A DNA stretch of 64,000 nt from positions 398,146-462,145 of the forward strand of contig CAZFRF010000001.1 of the NCBI GenBank assembly GCA_964521295.1, read 5' to 3'. Below the pieces are notes generated by a model, which worked only from the letters and a program-made list of their open reading frames with translations, searched no databases and was not told the origin of the DNA. Position numbers and translations under genes: made by a program. Of this stretch, positions 50,525 to 60,552 are shown one piece after another (the stretch's first letter is position 1; the number at the start of each line of letters is the position of its first letter). This DNA is from an uncultured Gammaproteobacteria bacterium. GTDB lineage: Bacteria; Patescibacteriota; Microgenomatia; Levybacterales; UBA12049.

Positions 50525-50960
50525 ATTTACCAAGCTTTAGGAAATTAAACATTTCCAAAGTAAATTCCTCACTTTCTATTCTTCTCATAATTTCTCTACT
50601 TTTTATTTGAGATAAAATATTAAGACTTCCTTCCCAGAGTATTTTTCGATCCAATATTGCCAACTTTCTGTGATGATTTCCAACACATATAAAGGTTTGT
50701 ACGCCCATAGTTTCAAATTCGACAATTGCCTGCTCTGATTGGCTTTGTAATGACTCAGAATGTTCCCTTGGATCACGTGTAACAACATAGATTTTTATCT
50801 TCTTTTCAATTAATTTTTCGAATATGGGCATTAAGAAGGACATGCGCTCTGAAGTGATATATGGACTTTCTACAATAACCTCGTTCTTACAATTCAGAAG
50901 ATCTCTAATAAAGATTTTATAAAAAGTCCTTTCATCAAATAAAGCAGAGGAAAACATCAC
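50517..50960 (-). CDS. phospholipase D-family (Nuc-like) nuclease, single HKD domain
   Basis: HKD motif HRKLAILDRKILWEGSLN (H-x-K-x4-D-x6-GSxN). Confidence 0.65.
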   Translation of the reverse strand: MMFSSALFDERTFYKIFIRDLLNCKNEVIVESPYITSERMSFLMPIFEKLIEKKIKIYVVTRDPREHSESLQSQSEQAIVEFETMGVQTFICVGNHHRKLAILDRKILWEGSLNILSQIKSREIMRRIESEEFTLEMFNFLKLGKFI

Positions 50961-51044
50961 TCATCCTCCTTTTTGGCTTGATAAGCCTCCATTAAGTTGT
51001 TAAAATGAGCCAAGAGCGGTTCAAAATAAGAGTCGTCAGGAGTA

Positions 51045-52268
51045 CTAAAAAATATTAAATAGAGGATAAATCTTCCACAAACTTGTTATATAAATACAAT
51101 TAAAAACTACTCCTACTGCAATAAATAATAAATCATTTTTGGATAATTTAGGTGAAAGCGAAGGGATGAGAATAAGTAATAAAAATGGTAAAAAATCCAA
51201 TACATATCTATATCCATATTGAGAAAACCCAATACTATAATAAATAAGTATAGGAATTAATAAGGCAATAACTGCAATTACCGCAGAGGACGTATAAATC
51301 CCCTTTTTAAAATTAAAAAGTAGCTTTAAAAGTAATGGGGTTGTAAACCAAATTGCCATTCCCCATGGACTGGCTGATAAGTAAGGAAATTTTAAAACAA
51401 ATCCGAATTGATCGTGTGTTAAGGGTTGAGGTGCCATAACAAGCATGCTATATAAATTTGCGGGAATATGAGACAGACTCATATAACCAAAATCTAAATT
51501 ATGCGAAAGTGGAAATGCGGCCAAACTAACACTGTGTTCATAGCCTGTATCAAAAAATGAATGGAAACGAATAAAATTGTAGATTGCGAAAATTAGTATA
51601 GAAACAAAAATTGGAATTAATATTTTAAATAAATCTTTAAGTGTAAGTCTTTTTTGCCAAAATTCAAAAATAAAGAACACCAAAGCCAAAATTAAATTTG
51701 GCCTTGTTAAAAAAGAAAGACCTAGTAATACACCTACAGCTAACATTCTTTTGCTTATTAGATATTCCCTTAATGCAAAAACTATCAGCACAACACCCAA
51801 GGCTTGAACTTGATATGCAGAAATATTAATTAATGATGCAGCGAATAACACAGTTGAAAAACAGAAAAACAAAGCAATAAACAAAGCGTCAATTTTTTTA
51901 AATTTGAAAAACTTTGCAATTGAATAAACTCCCCCAAAAGAACCAATTAATGCAAATAAACCGAGTACATATTGAGGGAAATTCTTACCGAAAAAAACCA
52001 CAAACGGCATAAGCGAGATTGAGGCAAAAGGCGCATAAAACAAATAGAATTTACCATTAAATTTAGAGATATCTCCTAATGGCATTTCTTTATTAAATTC
52101 ATAAGAAACATGACCTTTTACAAATTGACTTGCCATAAGAGACAGAGAGTAATCTTTATTGTGATTTTGACTATAAATAAAAATCAATGCTGCAGAAAAA
52201 ATAGCAAAGGAGAATAAGATTAAAAAAAGACTTTTTTTATAATCTTTCAGAAAAGATAAATACTTCAC
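51045..52268 (-). CDS. polytopic membrane protein, possibly GT-C/DUF2029-like (host backbone)
   Basis: 407 aa, about 11 TM helices. Composition and architecture resemble 22861-24036. Confidence 0.35.
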   Translation of the reverse strand: MKYLSFLKDYKKSLFLILFSFAIFSAALIFIYSQNHNKDYSLSLMASQFVKGHVSYEFNKEMPLGDISKFNGKFYLFYAPFASISLMPFVVFFGKNFPQYVLGLFALIGSFGGVYSIAKFFKFKKIDALFIALFFCFSTVLFAASLINISAYQVQALGVVLIVFALREYLISKRMLAVGVLLGLSFLTRPNLILALVFFIFEFWQKRLTLKDLFKILIPIFVSILIFAIYNFIRFHSFFDTGYEHSVSLAAFPLSHNLDFGYMSLSHIPANLYSMLVMAPQPLTHDQFGFVLKFPYLSASPWGMAIWFTTPLLLKLLFNFKKGIYTSSAVIAVIALLIPILIYYSIGFSQYGYRYVLDFLPFLLLILIPSLSPKLSKNDLLFIAVGVVFNCIYITSLWKIYPLFNIF

Positions 52269-52277
52269 AGGTTAATT

Positions 52278-52772
52278 TTAACTAGTAATACACCCCATGA
52301 CAAGCCTAAAGCTTGTTTGACCAACTTCTTGAATTGAAGGATTATATGAGGCATCATACATTTTCCCAGACTCTGAGAAACTAAATCCATTTTTCGTGAA
52401 ATTAACGCCTTTAATATTTTGCCCATCCAGCACTGATGCATCGATAAATTGAGCTGTATCTCTAACTCTTACATTCAGCTTCCCCTCTCCAGCTCCTTGA
52501 ACTGTTACTAAAGGATCTAGAGGAGCAACAAATAAATCAATACCACTCAAACCAACTGTTTCTCCATTTTCTAAACCTGTTGCAAATTCCACCCAACCAG
52601 AACCATTAGCGCAATCTAACATTGCTGGATTTCCCTTAACCTCATAAGGTCTTACTGACAAAGAATTTAAGAGTGGCAGTCCCATTGCTAAAGTTAATTC
52701 TGCAGCGAATAACCCACCTGCTATTCCTGTAGCTATAACTCTCGAGGTTTTTGACTCAACAATATTTCGCAT
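52278..52772 (-). CDS. hypothetical protein
   Basis: 164 aa, Gly/Ala-rich. No motif recognised. Confidence 0.3.
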   Translation of the reverse strand: MRNIVESKTSRVIATGIAGGLFAAELTLAMGLPLLNSLSVRPYEVKGNPAMLDCANGSGWVEFATGLENGETVGLSGIDLFVAPLDPLVTVQGAGEGKLNVRVRDTAQFIDASVLDGQNIKGVNFTKNGFSFSESGKMYDASYNPSIQEVGQTSFRLVMGCITS

Positions 52773-52808
52773 GGGGGTATTATAGTTTGTCTGAGGCCAA
52801 TGTCAATA

Positions 52809-53474
52809 TTATCCAAATAACTCCATTATTGGAGTATGGAAACGATCAGTAACTAGTCTCTCAACTTCAGCAATAGTTTCCTCAATTTGACCGTCTCGAT
52901 TTGTAACCTTAAAGGGAAATTTTTCTCCAAACTGTTCAGTTAAAATTTTATCTTGAACTCTTCTTGTTTCTAAATCGCCAATTCCGTGTCTTCTACCCTC
53001 ATACCATTTTCTTTGCGTCTCATCAGATTCAGGAGTAAAGAAAATACACATAGTGCGATCAATTATTCTTTGCGCTGTTTCTGGGTCATAAGCTCTTTTA
53101 AGATGCTCAGGTAAAGTTGCTGCGCCTGAGATTTCCATTGTAGAAACTAACGATTTGCCATTCAAAACTTGCTCTAATTCTTGTTTAGTCGTGCCGTATA
53201 ATCCACCAGGGTATGATACGTACTCAACAAACTCTCCTCTTTCAACCATGCCTTCAAAAGTTACTGGAGTGACAAAATGATAGTCAACTCCATCTACCTC
53301 AGGTTTACCATCTGTTTTTGCTTCTAATCTTGGAGGCCTAGAAGTAGTTGTCACAAGTGGTCTTAAATTTGGATATTTACTCAAAAGTCTTTCTCTTGTT
53401 TCAGATTTTCCCGAAGCAGTAGGGCCTGTAAGAACAAGCAATGCGCCTAATCTTGATTCTGGAGTTATACCCAT
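52809..53474 (-). CDS. gmk: guanylate kinase
   Basis: P-loop LVLTGPTASGKSE, TTTSRPPR...DGVDYHFV, YGTTK, FFTPES lid region. Confidence 0.7.
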   Translation of the reverse strand: MGITPESRLGALLVLTGPTASGKSETRERLLSKYPNLRPLVTTTSRPPRLEAKTDGKPEVDGVDYHFVTPVTFEGMVERGEFVEYVSYPGGLYGTTKQELEQVLNGKSLVSTMEISGAATLPEHLKRAYDPETAQRIIDRTMCIFFTPESDETQRKWYEGRRHGIGDLETRRVQDKILTEQFGEKFPFKVTNRDGQIEETIAEVERLVTDRFHTPIMELFG

Positions 53475-53504
53475 AGTATGAAGATTATAGCATAATTCTT
53501 ACAA

Positions 53505-54098
53505 TTAATTAAGCTTTTGCGCTTTATTTGCTAATGAATACCAAACACCTTCATCCATAATCACATTATCTCTTACTTTTACTGTATCAACTAGCTCTTC
53601 ACCAGTGGGAAGCTCTAATTTCAATATTCCAAATGTTTCCTGGGGTTTTTTTGCTTCATTTATAGCTTGTTTAATTCCAAATGAATCAAGTTTTTGTTGA
53701 TCTTCCAGAGCACACGCTACTGCATCAACCTGATCCATGTTATTTTCAATAATTGATCTTGCAGCTGATTCTGCACCATGAGCACCAATTCTTTCTGCAA
53801 TATGCACATCCCAGCTTGTACCCGATTCTCCAGTAGCATGAGGAGCTAAGGCTGCGATAGCATTGGGTGCTATTAAAGTTGTTAAACCTAAATGATCTTC
53901 TGTTGGAATAATATCAACGCTTTGCACCTGAGTACCTGTCTCTAAAGCAGCAACTACATGCTTTGCCTCGTGTCTTGCTGTTCCATTTACAGGTTTTCTT
54001 CTCTTCAGAACTGGAACTTCCAATGAAGCTCTTGCTCCCTCTAGTACAGCAAGCGGAGGAGCTTTTATATCAATATGTCTGGGTATTTCGGCTATCAT
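53505..54098 (-). CDS. hypothetical protein with HExxH motif (possible small zinc metallopeptidase)
   Basis: HEAKH motif at residues about 43-47. No other support. Confidence 0.25.
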   Translation of the reverse strand: MIAEIPRHIDIKAPPLAVLEGARASLEVPVLKRRKPVNGTARHEAKHVVAALETGTQVQSVDIIPTEDHLGLTTLIAPNAIAALAPHATGESGTSWDVHIAERIGAHGAESAARSIIENNMDQVDAVACALEDQQKLDSFGIKQAINEAKKPQETFGILKLELPTGEELVDTVKVRDNVIMDEGVWYSLANKAQKLN

Positions 54099-54142
54099 AG
54101 TAAATTACTATCTTTTTAAAAGAAGTTAATTCAAGCTCTATC

Positions 54143-56542
54143 TTAATCTGCTTTAAGTGGCTTAGGTGTTGCATGTAATTCTAAGTGTGAAGTTGTAAAC
54201 TCAGGCATATTTTTCCTAGGAAGTGGCTTTATAAACGCAGCATCTAGTACCTCGTCTAAATGAGTTACAAAAATAAACTTTAAGTCTTTAATTACTTCTT
54301 TTGGTACATCTTCTAAATCTTTTTTATTTTCTTTAGGCAAAATTACAGTTTTAAGACCAGCTCTATGAGCAGCTATTACCTTTTCTTTTACTCCACCAAT
54401 TTCTAAGGCTCTGCCTCTTAAAGTAATTTCTCCAGTCATACCCACAGTTCTATTGACTGGAATTTTGGTCAAAGCAGATGTAATTGCTGTAGCAATTGCA
54501 AGACCTGCTGATGGACCATCTTTTGGTACTGCGCCTTCTGGAACGTGAACATGTACGTCTACTTTTGAATAGAATTTTTCATCTAGCCCCAAAGCTCTTG
54601 CTCTTGCTCTAATATAGCTCATAGCAGCTTGACAAGATTCTTTCATAACCTCTCCAAGTTGACCAGTTAAAATAAGCTGGCCCTTACCTGGCATTAAAGC
54701 CACTTCAATAAATAATATATCTCCACCTGCTTCTGTCCAAGCAAGACCAGTTGACATACCAATCTCATCTTTTTTCTCAATTAAAGCAGAGCTTATCTTA
54801 ATTGGACCTAAAAGCTTAGGAACCATTTTTTCATCTACTATAATCTTGTCTTTTTTGCCCTCTGCTACTTTTTTAGCAATTTTTCTAAGAAGTGTAGCAA
54901 TTTGTCTTTCTAAGCTTCTAACACCAGCTTCTCTTGTGTAATGATCGATAACGAATCTAATAGCTTTATCTGTTACTTCTACGTTAGTTTCCTTAAGTCC
55001 ATGTGCTTCCATTTGTTTTTCCAAAAGAAAATCTTTAACAATTTTGAATTTCTCAAGTTGTGTATAACCAGCAAATTGGATAATTTCTAATCTATCTCTT
55101 AACGCAGGTGGAATGGTGTCTAAGACGTTGGCTGTTGTTACAAACATAACATCAGATAAATCAAATGGAACTTCTAAATAATGATCTGAGAAAGCAAAGT
55201 TTTGTTCTGGATCCAAGGCTTCAAGTAAGGCACTTGATGGATCGCCTCTAAAATCTGCACCTACTTTATCTATTTCATCAAGCATAAAGACTGGATTCTT
55301 AGTCTTTGCGTCTTTAATACCTTGAATAATTCTTCCCGGCATAGCTCCAACATAGGTTCTTCTATGTCCTCTAATTTCTGCCTCATCTCTAATACCTCCT
55401 AGGGAGACTTTAATAAATTCTCTACCTAAAGATTTAGCAATTGATTTACCAATAGATGTCTTACCAACACCAGGAGGTCCTACGAAACAAAGTATTGGTC
55501 CTTTCATCTTACCTGAGAGCTTATGAACAGCTAAATATTCTGTGATTCTTTCTTTAACTTTTTCTAAACCATAGTGATCTTTATTTAAAATCTTCTCTGC
55601 TTGCTTGATATTTACATTATTTTTACTTGTTTCATTCCAAGGCAAACTAAGCAACCAATCTAAATAGTTTCTAATATATCCTGATTCAGGATTGAATTGA
55701 TTCATTTGCGAAAGCTTTTTAATTTCTTTTTTAGCTTTCTCTTCTATCTCTTCGGGCATTTTTGCTGCTTTTAGTTTATTGTACAAATCCCTAATTTCAC
55801 TATCTTCGTCTGATTCGCCTAGTTCTTTTTCTATTGTCTTGAGTCTTTCTCTAAGCATTACTTCTCTTGCGCCCTTTTCAAATCTTTCTTGGGTTTTAGA
55901 AGCAATCTTTTTTTCTAGCTCCAATACCTTTATTTCCTTAGATAAAACTTCAATAACTTTTTCCAATCTTTCTTTAACATTGAGTTCTTCCAAGAACTCC
56001 TGCTTATCTGACGGCTTAAGATCTAATACTGAAGCAACTAAATCAGCCAACTGAGATGGCGAATTATCGCTCATAACATTCATAAATACTAAAAAGTCAA
56101 CAAATTTACCCAAATTTACTGCTCTTCTGAATTCATTTATTAAATGGTTACTTAAAGCCTTAACTTCAGCTGAATCTTCTATTGGGTCTTCTATCTCCTC
56201 AACTCTTGCCATTAGATATGGGGCGTCTTGAACGTATTCTAAGATTCTTATTCTTGAAATACCTTTAACTTGGGCATTAATTTCTCCATCGCTTTTGATC
56301 ATTCGCTCAATGTGAGAAAGTGTACCTATGGAATATAAATCAGTAGAAACCGGTTCGTTTAATTTTGCATTCTTTTGCAACACGAACCCAACAATTCTTT
56401 CCTGGCTAAATGAAGATTCTAAGGCTGCTAAACTCTTTGGTCTACCGAAGGTCAAGACCGAGTCAGTATATGGAAAAATAATTCCATCTCTAATAGGTAT
56501 AATTGGTATTATTTTGCTTACGCTCATTTCTTGTATTAGCAC
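54143..56542 (-). CDS. lon: ATP-dependent Lon protease
   Basis: Lon N-domain, AAA+ module GPPGVGKTS, and protease domain PKDGPSAG with catalytic Ser followed by the Lys region. Confidence 0.9.
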   Translation of the reverse strand: MLIQEMSVSKIIPIIPIRDGIIFPYTDSVLTFGRPKSLAALESSFSQERIVGFVLQKNAKLNEPVSTDLYSIGTLSHIERMIKSDGEINAQVKGISRIRILEYVQDAPYLMARVEEIEDPIEDSAEVKALSNHLINEFRRAVNLGKFVDFLVFMNVMSDNSPSQLADLVASVLDLKPSDKQEFLEELNVKERLEKVIEVLSKEIKVLELEKKIASKTQERFEKGAREVMLRERLKTIEKELGESDEDSEIRDLYNKLKAAKMPEEIEEKAKKEIKKLSQMNQFNPESGYIRNYLDWLLSLPWNETSKNNVNIKQAEKILNKDHYGLEKVKERITEYLAVHKLSGKMKGPILCFVGPPGVGKTSIGKSIAKSLGREFIKVSLGGIRDEAEIRGHRRTYVGAMPGRIIQGIKDAKTKNPVFMLDEIDKVGADFRGDPSSALLEALDPEQNFAFSDHYLEVPFDLSDVMFVTTANVLDTIPPALRDRLEIIQFAGYTQLEKFKIVKDFLLEKQMEAHGLKETNVEVTDKAIRFVIDHYTREAGVRSLERQIATLLRKIAKKVAEGKKDKIIVDEKMVPKLLGPIKISSALIEKKDEIGMSTGLAWTEAGGDILFIEVALMPGKGQLILTGQLGEVMKESCQAAMSYIRARARALGLDEKFYSKVDVHVHVPEGAVPKDGPSAGLAIATAITSALTKIPVNRTVGMTGEITLRGRALEIGGVKEKVIAAHRAGLKTVILPKENKKDLEDVPKEVIKDLKFIFVTHLDEVLDAAFIKPLPRKNMPEFTTSHLELHATPKPLKAD

Positions 56543-56636
56543 TCTATCATATTAGTTGCTAGATTGTCAACACTTAATTGCTGGCTTTTTTACAGGGTTG
56601 ACACGGCTCGCAATGCGAAACTACAATTAACCTATT

Positions 56637-57824
56637 ATGATATTTCTAAGCGATTTGCTTGGTAAAAACGTCTATTTCGACCGAAAAGTCTACGGAAAAA
56701 TGGTCGATTTTGCAGTACTCGAAAGCTCACCTAACCCATCAGTTTCAAAAATAGTAATTAAGAAAGGTAGTAAAAAATTTACTATTACTCCTAAGGCGCT
56801 AACCATTAAGCGCTTTGGAGGAATTCTTAATTCCAATAAAGTTCCTTTCCTTCCGTACGATGATACGGATTTTTATTTAAATGAGGACTTATTAGACAAA
56901 CAAGTCATCGATACTGACGAAAAAAAATTAGTTAGAGTTAATGATGTTGCCCTTGAAAACGAAGGGGAATTAAAAGTAGTAGGGATAGATATTGGCACTG
57001 CTGGAATACTTAGAAGACTTAGCCTAGGGAAAATAATTAAAATAGAGCCAAAAATTATCCCATGGCAAATGATCGAAGCTTTTGACTTTCATACGGGAAA
57101 CATCAAAATTAGCCTCACCCAAAATAAATTAAGCAAAATGCATCCAGGGGAACTTGCCGACATTTTAGAGGACTTGGGTAGCAAAGAAAGACTATCAGTT
57201 GTTCAAAGCTTGGACGCTAAATATGCTGCCAAGACAATTGAGGAGACCGACGAAAGAACTCAAGAAGCTATATTTGAAGAATTAAAAGGTACAGCTTTAG
57301 GCCAAATTGTTAGCGGAATGCATTCCTCTGCCTTAGCTGAAATATTCTCCAAATTAAATCCTTTAAGAATCAAGGAAATCTTAAAACTCCTAAGCAATGA
57401 GAAAGCTCAAAGAATAGAAAAGTTAATGGATTTTGGCACAGAAACAGCAGGCGGAATGATGCGGACCAGTTTTTGGAAATTTGATGGAAACCTAACGGTC
57501 AAACAAGCCTATAATGAATTATTTGAACAATCACCTAAGCCTGAGGTAATTGTAGTTACCAACGGCAATGAAAAACTAGTAGGAACAATTAATACTAAAG
57601 ACATGCTAGATAGCGACTCGCTTGCTATCTTAAAAGACATTGTGAGTGAAAGAAAATTTGTTTACCCAACAGTTGGAATTAATGAATTGATATTTTTATT
57701 TGCAAAATACAATCTTAGACTTATTCCCGTTGTTGATAAAGATAAAAAGCCAATCGGCGTTGTAAAAATTGACAGATTACTAGAAAAAATCGAAGAAAGG
57801 ATAAAAGAAGATGAATTTATTTAG
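56637..57824 (+). CDS. cytosolic PRC-barrel + MgtE N-domain + CBS-pair protein with no transmembrane domain
   Basis: MgtE_N-like ELADILEDLGSKERLSVVQSLDAKYAAKTIEE, then tandem CBS. There is no TM segment. Its stop overlaps the start of the next gene by 14 nt. Confidence 0.55.
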   Translation: MIFLSDLLGKNVYFDRKVYGKMVDFAVLESSPNPSVSKIVIKKGSKKFTITPKALTIKRFGGILNSNKVPFLPYDDTDFYLNEDLLDKQVIDTDEKKLVRVNDVALENEGELKVVGIDIGTAGILRRLSLGKIIKIEPKIIPWQMIEAFDFHTGNIKISLTQNKLSKMHPGELADILEDLGSKERLSVVQSLDAKYAAKTIEETDERTQEAIFEELKGTALGQIVSGMHSSALAEIFSKLNPLRIKEILKLLSNEKAQRIEKLMDFGTETAGGMMRTSFWKFDGNLTVKQAYNELFEQSPKPEVIVVTNGNEKLVGTINTKDMLDSDSLAILKDIVSERKFVYPTVGINELIFLFAKYNLRLIPVVDKDKKPIGVVKIDRLLEKIEERIKEDEFI

Positions 57825-59076
57825 TAGAATAAAAAACAAATTTATATTTTTAGTTCCAATCCTAGCAATCTTAGGCCCAGGGATAATTGCTGGAAACGCA
57901 GATAATGACGCCGGAGGAATTACGACCTACTCTGTGGCGGGAGCAAATTATGGATTATCCTTACTGTGGGTTTTACTACTTACTACTTTCGCCTTGGCAA
58001 TAACCCAAGAAATTGGAGCCAGGATGGGACTTGTTACTGGTAAAGGACTTGCTTCACTTATTCGTGAGAAATTCGGACTCAGATGGACAGCATTCATAAT
58101 GGTATGTTTATTTATTGCAAATATGGGTACTATTGCTGCAGAATTTGCAGGCATTGCCACAGCTATGAGTATCTTCAATATCCCAAGATTCGTATCTGTA
58201 CCAATCGCAGCAATCACCGTGTTTTTACTCGTAACTAAAGGTAATTTTAAGAAACTGGAAAGACTTTTTCTAATTCTTTCATCTTTTTATCTTTCATATA
58301 TTGTCTCTGCAATTCTTGCACGTCCAAATTTTGGAGAAGCGATTCATAGCCTAGTATCACCTGAAATCGGCACGCTCTCTCCTTCATATATTCTAATGAT
58401 CATGGCTTTGGTCGGAACAACTATCACCCCTTGGGGACAATTTTTCATTCAAGATTATGTAGTAGATAAAAAATTAACTAAGGAAGATTTAAAAATTGAA
58501 AGAGGGGATGTTTTCTTTGGAAGTTTCTTCACAAACTTTATCTCTTTCTTTATTATTGTTGCCTGCGCAACGACTCTTTTTGCAAAGGGAATACATATAA
58601 CTGACGCTAGCCAAGCAGCTCAGGCATTACAACCTCTGGCTGGAGAGTTTGCTAAGACACTCTTTGCTTTCGGATTCTTAAACGCATCAATCTTTGGAGC
58701 GGCCATCGTTCCAATTACTACCGCTTATGTTATTACTCAAGCTTTTGGGATGGAATCAGGCTTAAACTATTCATTTAAACAAGCACCAGAATTCTATGGA
58801 ATTTTTTTGATGCTACTTATCCTTGGAGGACTTATGGTAGTACTTCCTTTCCTACCTTTAATTACAATTTTAGTCGTCACTCAAGCAGTAAATGCAGTAC
58901 TGCTTATTCCAATCTTTATTTTTATCTACCTACTATCAAATGACAGAAAATTATTAGGTCAATATGCAAATAACAGGTTAATAAATATAATTGTAATCGT
59001 TACTTTAATAGGAATCTCAGTGGCATCAACTATCTACATGATTTCTCTTTTTGCTCCTAATCTTCTAACTTTTTAA
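57811..59076 (+). CDS. NRAMP-related divalent cation transporter with non-canonical metal site (NRMT-like, possibly Mg2+)
   Basis: NRAMP TM1 region GPGIIAGNADNDAGG (DPGN becomes DAGG) and TM6 GTTITPW (MPH becomes TPW). About 11 TM helices. Confidence 0.55.
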   Translation: MNLFSRIKNKFIFLVPILAILGPGIIAGNADNDAGGITTYSVAGANYGLSLLWVLLLTTFALAITQEIGARMGLVTGKGLASLIREKFGLRWTAFIMVCLFIANMGTIAAEFAGIATAMSIFNIPRFVSVPIAAITVFLLVTKGNFKKLERLFLILSSFYLSYIVSAILARPNFGEAIHSLVSPEIGTLSPSYILMIMALVGTTITPWGQFFIQDYVVDKKLTKEDLKIERGDVFFGSFFTNFISFFIIVACATTLFAKGIHITDASQAAQALQPLAGEFAKTLFAFGFLNASIFGAAIVPITTAYVITQAFGMESGLNYSFKQAPEFYGIFLMLLILGGLMVVLPFLPLITILVVTQAVNAVLLIPIFIFIYLLSNDRKLLGQYANNRLINIIVIVTLIGISVASTIYMISLFAPNLLTF

Positions 59077-59113
59077 TTTTGGTTTTTTAAATTTATATCA
59101 AAAATATTTGAAG

Positions 59114-59512
59114 CTATTTTTCTTCTTTAAAATTAAGCGCACAAGAGTTAATACAATATCTAAGACCAGTTGTTTCCTTGGGCCCATCACTAAACAAATG
59201 CCCCAAATGAGATCCGCAATTTCTACATACAACTTCTGTTCTATGCATTCCATATGAATTATCATCTTGTAGAATAATATTTTCTGTATTGACTGGATTA
59301 TCAAAGCTTGGCCAACCTGTACCAGAATCAAATTTAGTACTTGATGCAAAAAGCTTTTGGCCACAGGCTGCGCATTCATACATACCAGATTTATGATTAT
59401 CATAAAGGTGTCCTGAGAATGCTGGCTCAGTACCCTTTTCTCGCAATACTTTATATTGCTCGGGGGTTAGTTTTTTCTTCCAATCTGCATCTGTCATTTG
59501 TTTTGTATCCAT
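59114..59512 (-). CDS. msrB: peptide-methionine (R)-S-oxide reductase
   Basis: Two CxxC zinc motifs ([16 protein letters not shown]) and the SelR signature GWPSF...RTEVVC. Confidence 0.85.
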   Translation of the reverse strand: MDTKQMTDADWKKKLTPEQYKVLREKGTEPAFSGHLYDNHKSGMYECAACGQKLFASSTKFDSGTGWPSFDNPVNTENIILQDDNSYGMHRTEVVCRNCGSHLGHLFSDGPKETTGLRYCINSCALNFKEEK

Positions 59513-60552
59513 AATTTTATTTTATCAAAATTAAGAAAAGTAACTATTTTATTTAAAATAATAACCATAACTATACTTATGCTACTTATAATGGAAAATT
59601 GGATAAACGGGTTTTTTAAAAAAACATTATGTTTTGCCAAAACTAATACTAAATCCAACAGTATGTAGTGTATGAAAAATATTTGATAAGAATTATTACT
59701 TATAAAGAAATATATATTTTTAAGAAATTGCATCTGCCAAAATCTAAATCTGGCAATGAGCAAACTAAAGCAAGTCAAAGCTATGCCAAAAGTTAAATAA
59801 TAAAAATCAGTAGGATACTTATGGTCATAAAAATTCAAACTCTTAGCTAGATCTAAATTGTTATTATATAAACCTAAAAATAATACAAAAAATATTAGTC
59901 CAATTAAAAAGTATCTTTTATTCGTGTCACTTGCCTTTTCATCTTTATTTGCTTTATGCGAAATATACATTGCCAATAATAAAACAAGTGACCACGGAAT
60001 CCACATGACTAAACGATAATGATCATAAGGAAAACGCAAGAATGTAAATAAGAATGTTATAAACCCCGCACCAATTAAATAAACATATAAGATTTGTTTT
60101 TTATGTATCCAGTTTTTAAAAAATGGGAATAAAAATGTTAACTGCAAAAACAACAAAGGCAACCAATTATAATTTGTTCCTCCAACAAAAATTGCTGATT
60201 TTAGAATGTAACTCAAGTCCATTCTTAAACCTAGACCTTGAAAATAATTAGGAAAAATTATCCATAATAAATAATGAGCAATTAAATAAATCCAAAAAGG
60301 AATAATAAGCCTTATAAATCTTTTTTTATACCAAGAAATTGTTTTAAATGGATCTGTAAATCCATTTCTATAAATTGAGGACAAAACAAAACCTGAACAG
60401 AAGACAAAAGATACTACTACAAACTGAAAATTATTCCATAAAAACTTTGATAATGGATTTCCTAAATTATAAGTTAATATATGAACAATAATTACCCCAA
60501 TTATTCCAAACGCTCTTAATACATCAATCTCATCAAATCTTTTTCTTTCCAT
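59494..60552 (-). CDS. acyltransferase family 3 membrane protein (OatA-like)
   Basis: N-terminal [20 protein letters not shown] and about 10 TM helices. Confidence 0.55.
   Translation of the reverse strand: MERKRFDEIDVLRAFGIIGVIIVHILTYNLGNPLSKFLWNNFQFVVVSFVFCSGFVLSSIYRNGFTDPFKTISWYKKRFIRLIIPFWIYLIAHYLLWIIFPNYFQGLGLRMDLSYILKSAIFVGGTNYNWLPLLFLQLTFLFPFFKNWIHKKQILYVYLIGAGFITFLFTFLRFPYDHYRLVMWIPWSLVLLLAMYISHKANKDEKASDTNKRYFLIGLIFFVLFLGLYNNNLDLAKSLNFYDHKYPTDFYYLTFGIALTCFSLLIARFRFWQMQFLKNIYFFISNNSYQIFFIHYILLDLVLVLAKHNVFLKNPFIQFSIISSISIVMVIILNKIVTFLNFDKIKLWIQNK

Larger units (their letters stand above)
24925..50960. mobile_element. putative integrative conjugative element (ICE) inserted next to tRNA-Glu, with a copper-homeostasis cargo
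   Basis: A serine integrase abuts and overlaps the tRNA 3' end. The element has a T4CP, a replication-relaxation protein and a VirB2/B3/B4/B6/hydrolase set, flanking a 14 kb minus-strand cargo with higher GC than the flanks. The right boundary is uncertain, somewhere between 50961 and 51044. Confidence 0.6.

Noticed and set aside
50961-51044. Search for a direct repeat of the tRNA-Glu 3' end (TTCAACTCCCCTTGGCGGTACCA) at the right end of the island
   Set aside because: Only a trivial TTGGC match found. With a serine integrase, long att direct repeats are not expected, so absence is not informative. The right border is left as uncertain.
59098-59403. 101-aa minus-strand ORF overlapping msrB in another frame
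   Set aside because: msrB has complete CxxC/SelR motifs. The alternative frame has no motifs.
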